A stretch of 64,000 nucleotides of DNA from Eledone cirrhosa (taxonomy: Eukaryota). The position numbers were made by a program, and so were the translations under genes. The notes beneath the pieces were generated by a model, which searched no databases, was not told the origin of the DNA, and was given only the letters and a program-made list of their open reading frames with translations. Positions 61,961 through 64,000 of the stretch are shown in pieces; positions within the stretch are counted from its first letter, which is position 1; every line of letters starts with the position of its first letter. The stretch covers positions 365,366,001 through 365,430,000 of the forward strand of contig OZ024740.1 of the NCBI GenBank assembly GCA_964016885.1. The letters run 5' to 3'.

Positions 61961-62662
61961 CTGGAATTGGAATTAAAGACAATTCAATTCATATAACTAA
62001 AATTTTGTAAAGTTGACATAACAAAGAAAGGAAATCAAATAGATATTTCATAATTAAAGTTAGAATTTTTTAATATTAGATTAAAAACTAATCCTTTAAT
62101 AAGTTCACCTTGACAATTGACATTACACTCTCTCTCTCTCACACACACACATACATATATATGACAAAACACATTGCTAGAACAGCCATTAAAACAGTGA
62201 TGGGTAAAATTGCCTCAGTGGACAGTCAAAGTATTTTAGAACATTTACAACATTTGTTCATCATCCCCACCCAACTTGCTTGTCTTATATTTGTTTACCA
62301 TGGAATCTAAATAAAAGTTTTTGAACATTCTTGACAGATCTTAACATTTGTGTGACAGACTAACAAAATAGCTGAACATTTATTATAATATAGATTATAT
62401 ATTTAAAACCTTTGTAACATGGTTTTATGTTAGTATTCTAGAATATAGACACACTGATATTTAGCAGACTTTTACAGTAGTTGTTGAAGCAAAAATTTAT
62501 CTTTTGTTTCTCAAACTACTGCAAAAGTCCAATGAAGACCAGCAGAAGCCACTTGCCCAAGGCATCATGCAGTGGGACAAAACCTGAAACTACATGTTTT
62601 TGAAGCAACCTTCTAAAACACACCACCATAACTGTGTGTGTGTGTGTGTGTCTCTCTCTCTC

Positions 62663-62720
<58 letters not shown>

Positions 62721-63211
62721 TTTATATATATTGGCCAGGCTTCCTTCATAATGGGACCAACCAGTTTCCAAACTATAGTTCCGATGTGAGCAGGATATGG
62801 CTCGGACAACTGGCCAGACCCTCCTATTAGTGGGGCCATCCAGTTCCAAACTGTAAATGTGATTGGTGTTAAGAAGGGCATCCAGCTGTAAAAATCTCAG
62901 ACAAAATACAGCTCCGTCTGAGCAAGGTACAGCACAGCCAGCTGGCCAGACTTGCCTTATGATGTGGGCGACCTGTCTAACTCATGCAAACATGGAAAAA
63001 TAGACGTTAAACGGTGATGATGATGATGTGTGTCTAAGTGATTATAATGGAGTATTCCACTATTACTTTTGGTAAGGTGAGAAAAGCTCAATGCATGTAT
63101 TACATAATCATCTGGTTAAGCTTACACAGGTTTGTTTGATTCAATTCTACATTGTGTTTAGAAGGTTAGCAAGGCAACATCCTGTGTCAAGACCCACACA
63201 GAAATATGTGC

Positions 63212-63256
<45 letters not shown>

Positions 63257-63529
63257 GTTCAAGGAGAAAACAAACAAAGGTACAAAAAGTCTTATTAGTT
63301 TCATGCTTTATATGGAAAAGAGGAAAGAAAGTTCAACGTATGAGGCTTAAGCCCTTCTTCAGGAGTACAAACAAATTAGAGACAGGAGAAACAAAGGAGA
63401 AACAGATATTTTTTTTTTTTGTGATGGTAAACTCCGCCAGTTGCAGACTGCACACCATGTGATATCTCTCTCCACAAAGTTCGATCACCAACAGCAGAGT
63501 TCAAAGAGCAAAGATCAAGTCCAGTCCAT

Positions 63530-64000
63530 AAGTTGACATTGTCAAGCCATCGTTTTGGCTACTGGCCTCTGATTCTCTTACCAGCCAATCTTCCTTCCAG
63601 GTATTACCTACTCACACCACGAGTTGATCTTTTTATATGACCGTATAGTTTGAGTACTTCTGACTTGACAATTGATGTAATTGGTCTAAGTTTGGTAATG
63701 TTCAGCAGCTCACTCACACAGATACGGTCGCTGAGCTGCTTGCCAGTCATAAGTCTCATGATGTGGTTCTGGAATGTAGAGAACTTCTGAAGTGACCTTG
63801 TCGTCCAATTAACAGTCAAGACCATATAACACAACTGGTAGGATGTAAGTATCAAAGGATGTAAGTATTCAAATGATAGGAAACTTGTTTTGATGTTAGT
63901 ACTTCCTTGTTCTTGTTGAAAGCTGCCCAACCTAGAGCAATTCGATATTGCGCAGCAACCATTCCATGACGGTTAGATTTTTATTTTACCTTTACTTCGT
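63530..64000 (-). mobile_element. RTE-like LINE C-terminal fragment (separate family)
   Basis: FQNHIMRLMTGKQLSDRICVSELLNITKLRPITSIVKSEVLKLYGHIKR...KRWLDN. Confidence 0.65.

Noticed and set aside
62000-64000. Search for the upstream ZDHHC6 exon (C..C...K.PRSHHC..C)
   Set aside because: Not found by eye; the 5' exons presumably lie beyond the window.

Overview
Eukaryotic, AT-rich, repeat-saturated animal DNA. The SINE families, RTE LINEs with (GAT)n tails and long (TA)n arrays suggest an octopus or other cephalopod (inference). The only host gene I can support is the 3' part of a spliced ZDHHC6 palmitoyltransferase on the minus strand: 7 coding exons from 61960 to 51392, all GT-AG and in phase, with the 5' exons apparently beyond the window. 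The rest is transposable elements: several RTE-clade LINE copies (one with an unbroken 797-aa ORF and a PHD-like finger inside the RT region), a near full-length decayed CR1-like LINE, fragments of HERO-, CRE-, Penelope-, hAT-, Tc1/mariner- and Helitron-type elements, two tRNA-derived SINE families, and MITEs. The most interesting unannotated signal is a set of type I hammerhead ribozyme motifs in at least four sequence families. Most sit in Penelope-like terminal repeats arranged as inverted pairs, and one copy is split at its helix III by an RTE insertion. Most short ORFs in the supplied track are microsatellite or antisense artefacts. All structures were read by eye; no folding or database search was run.
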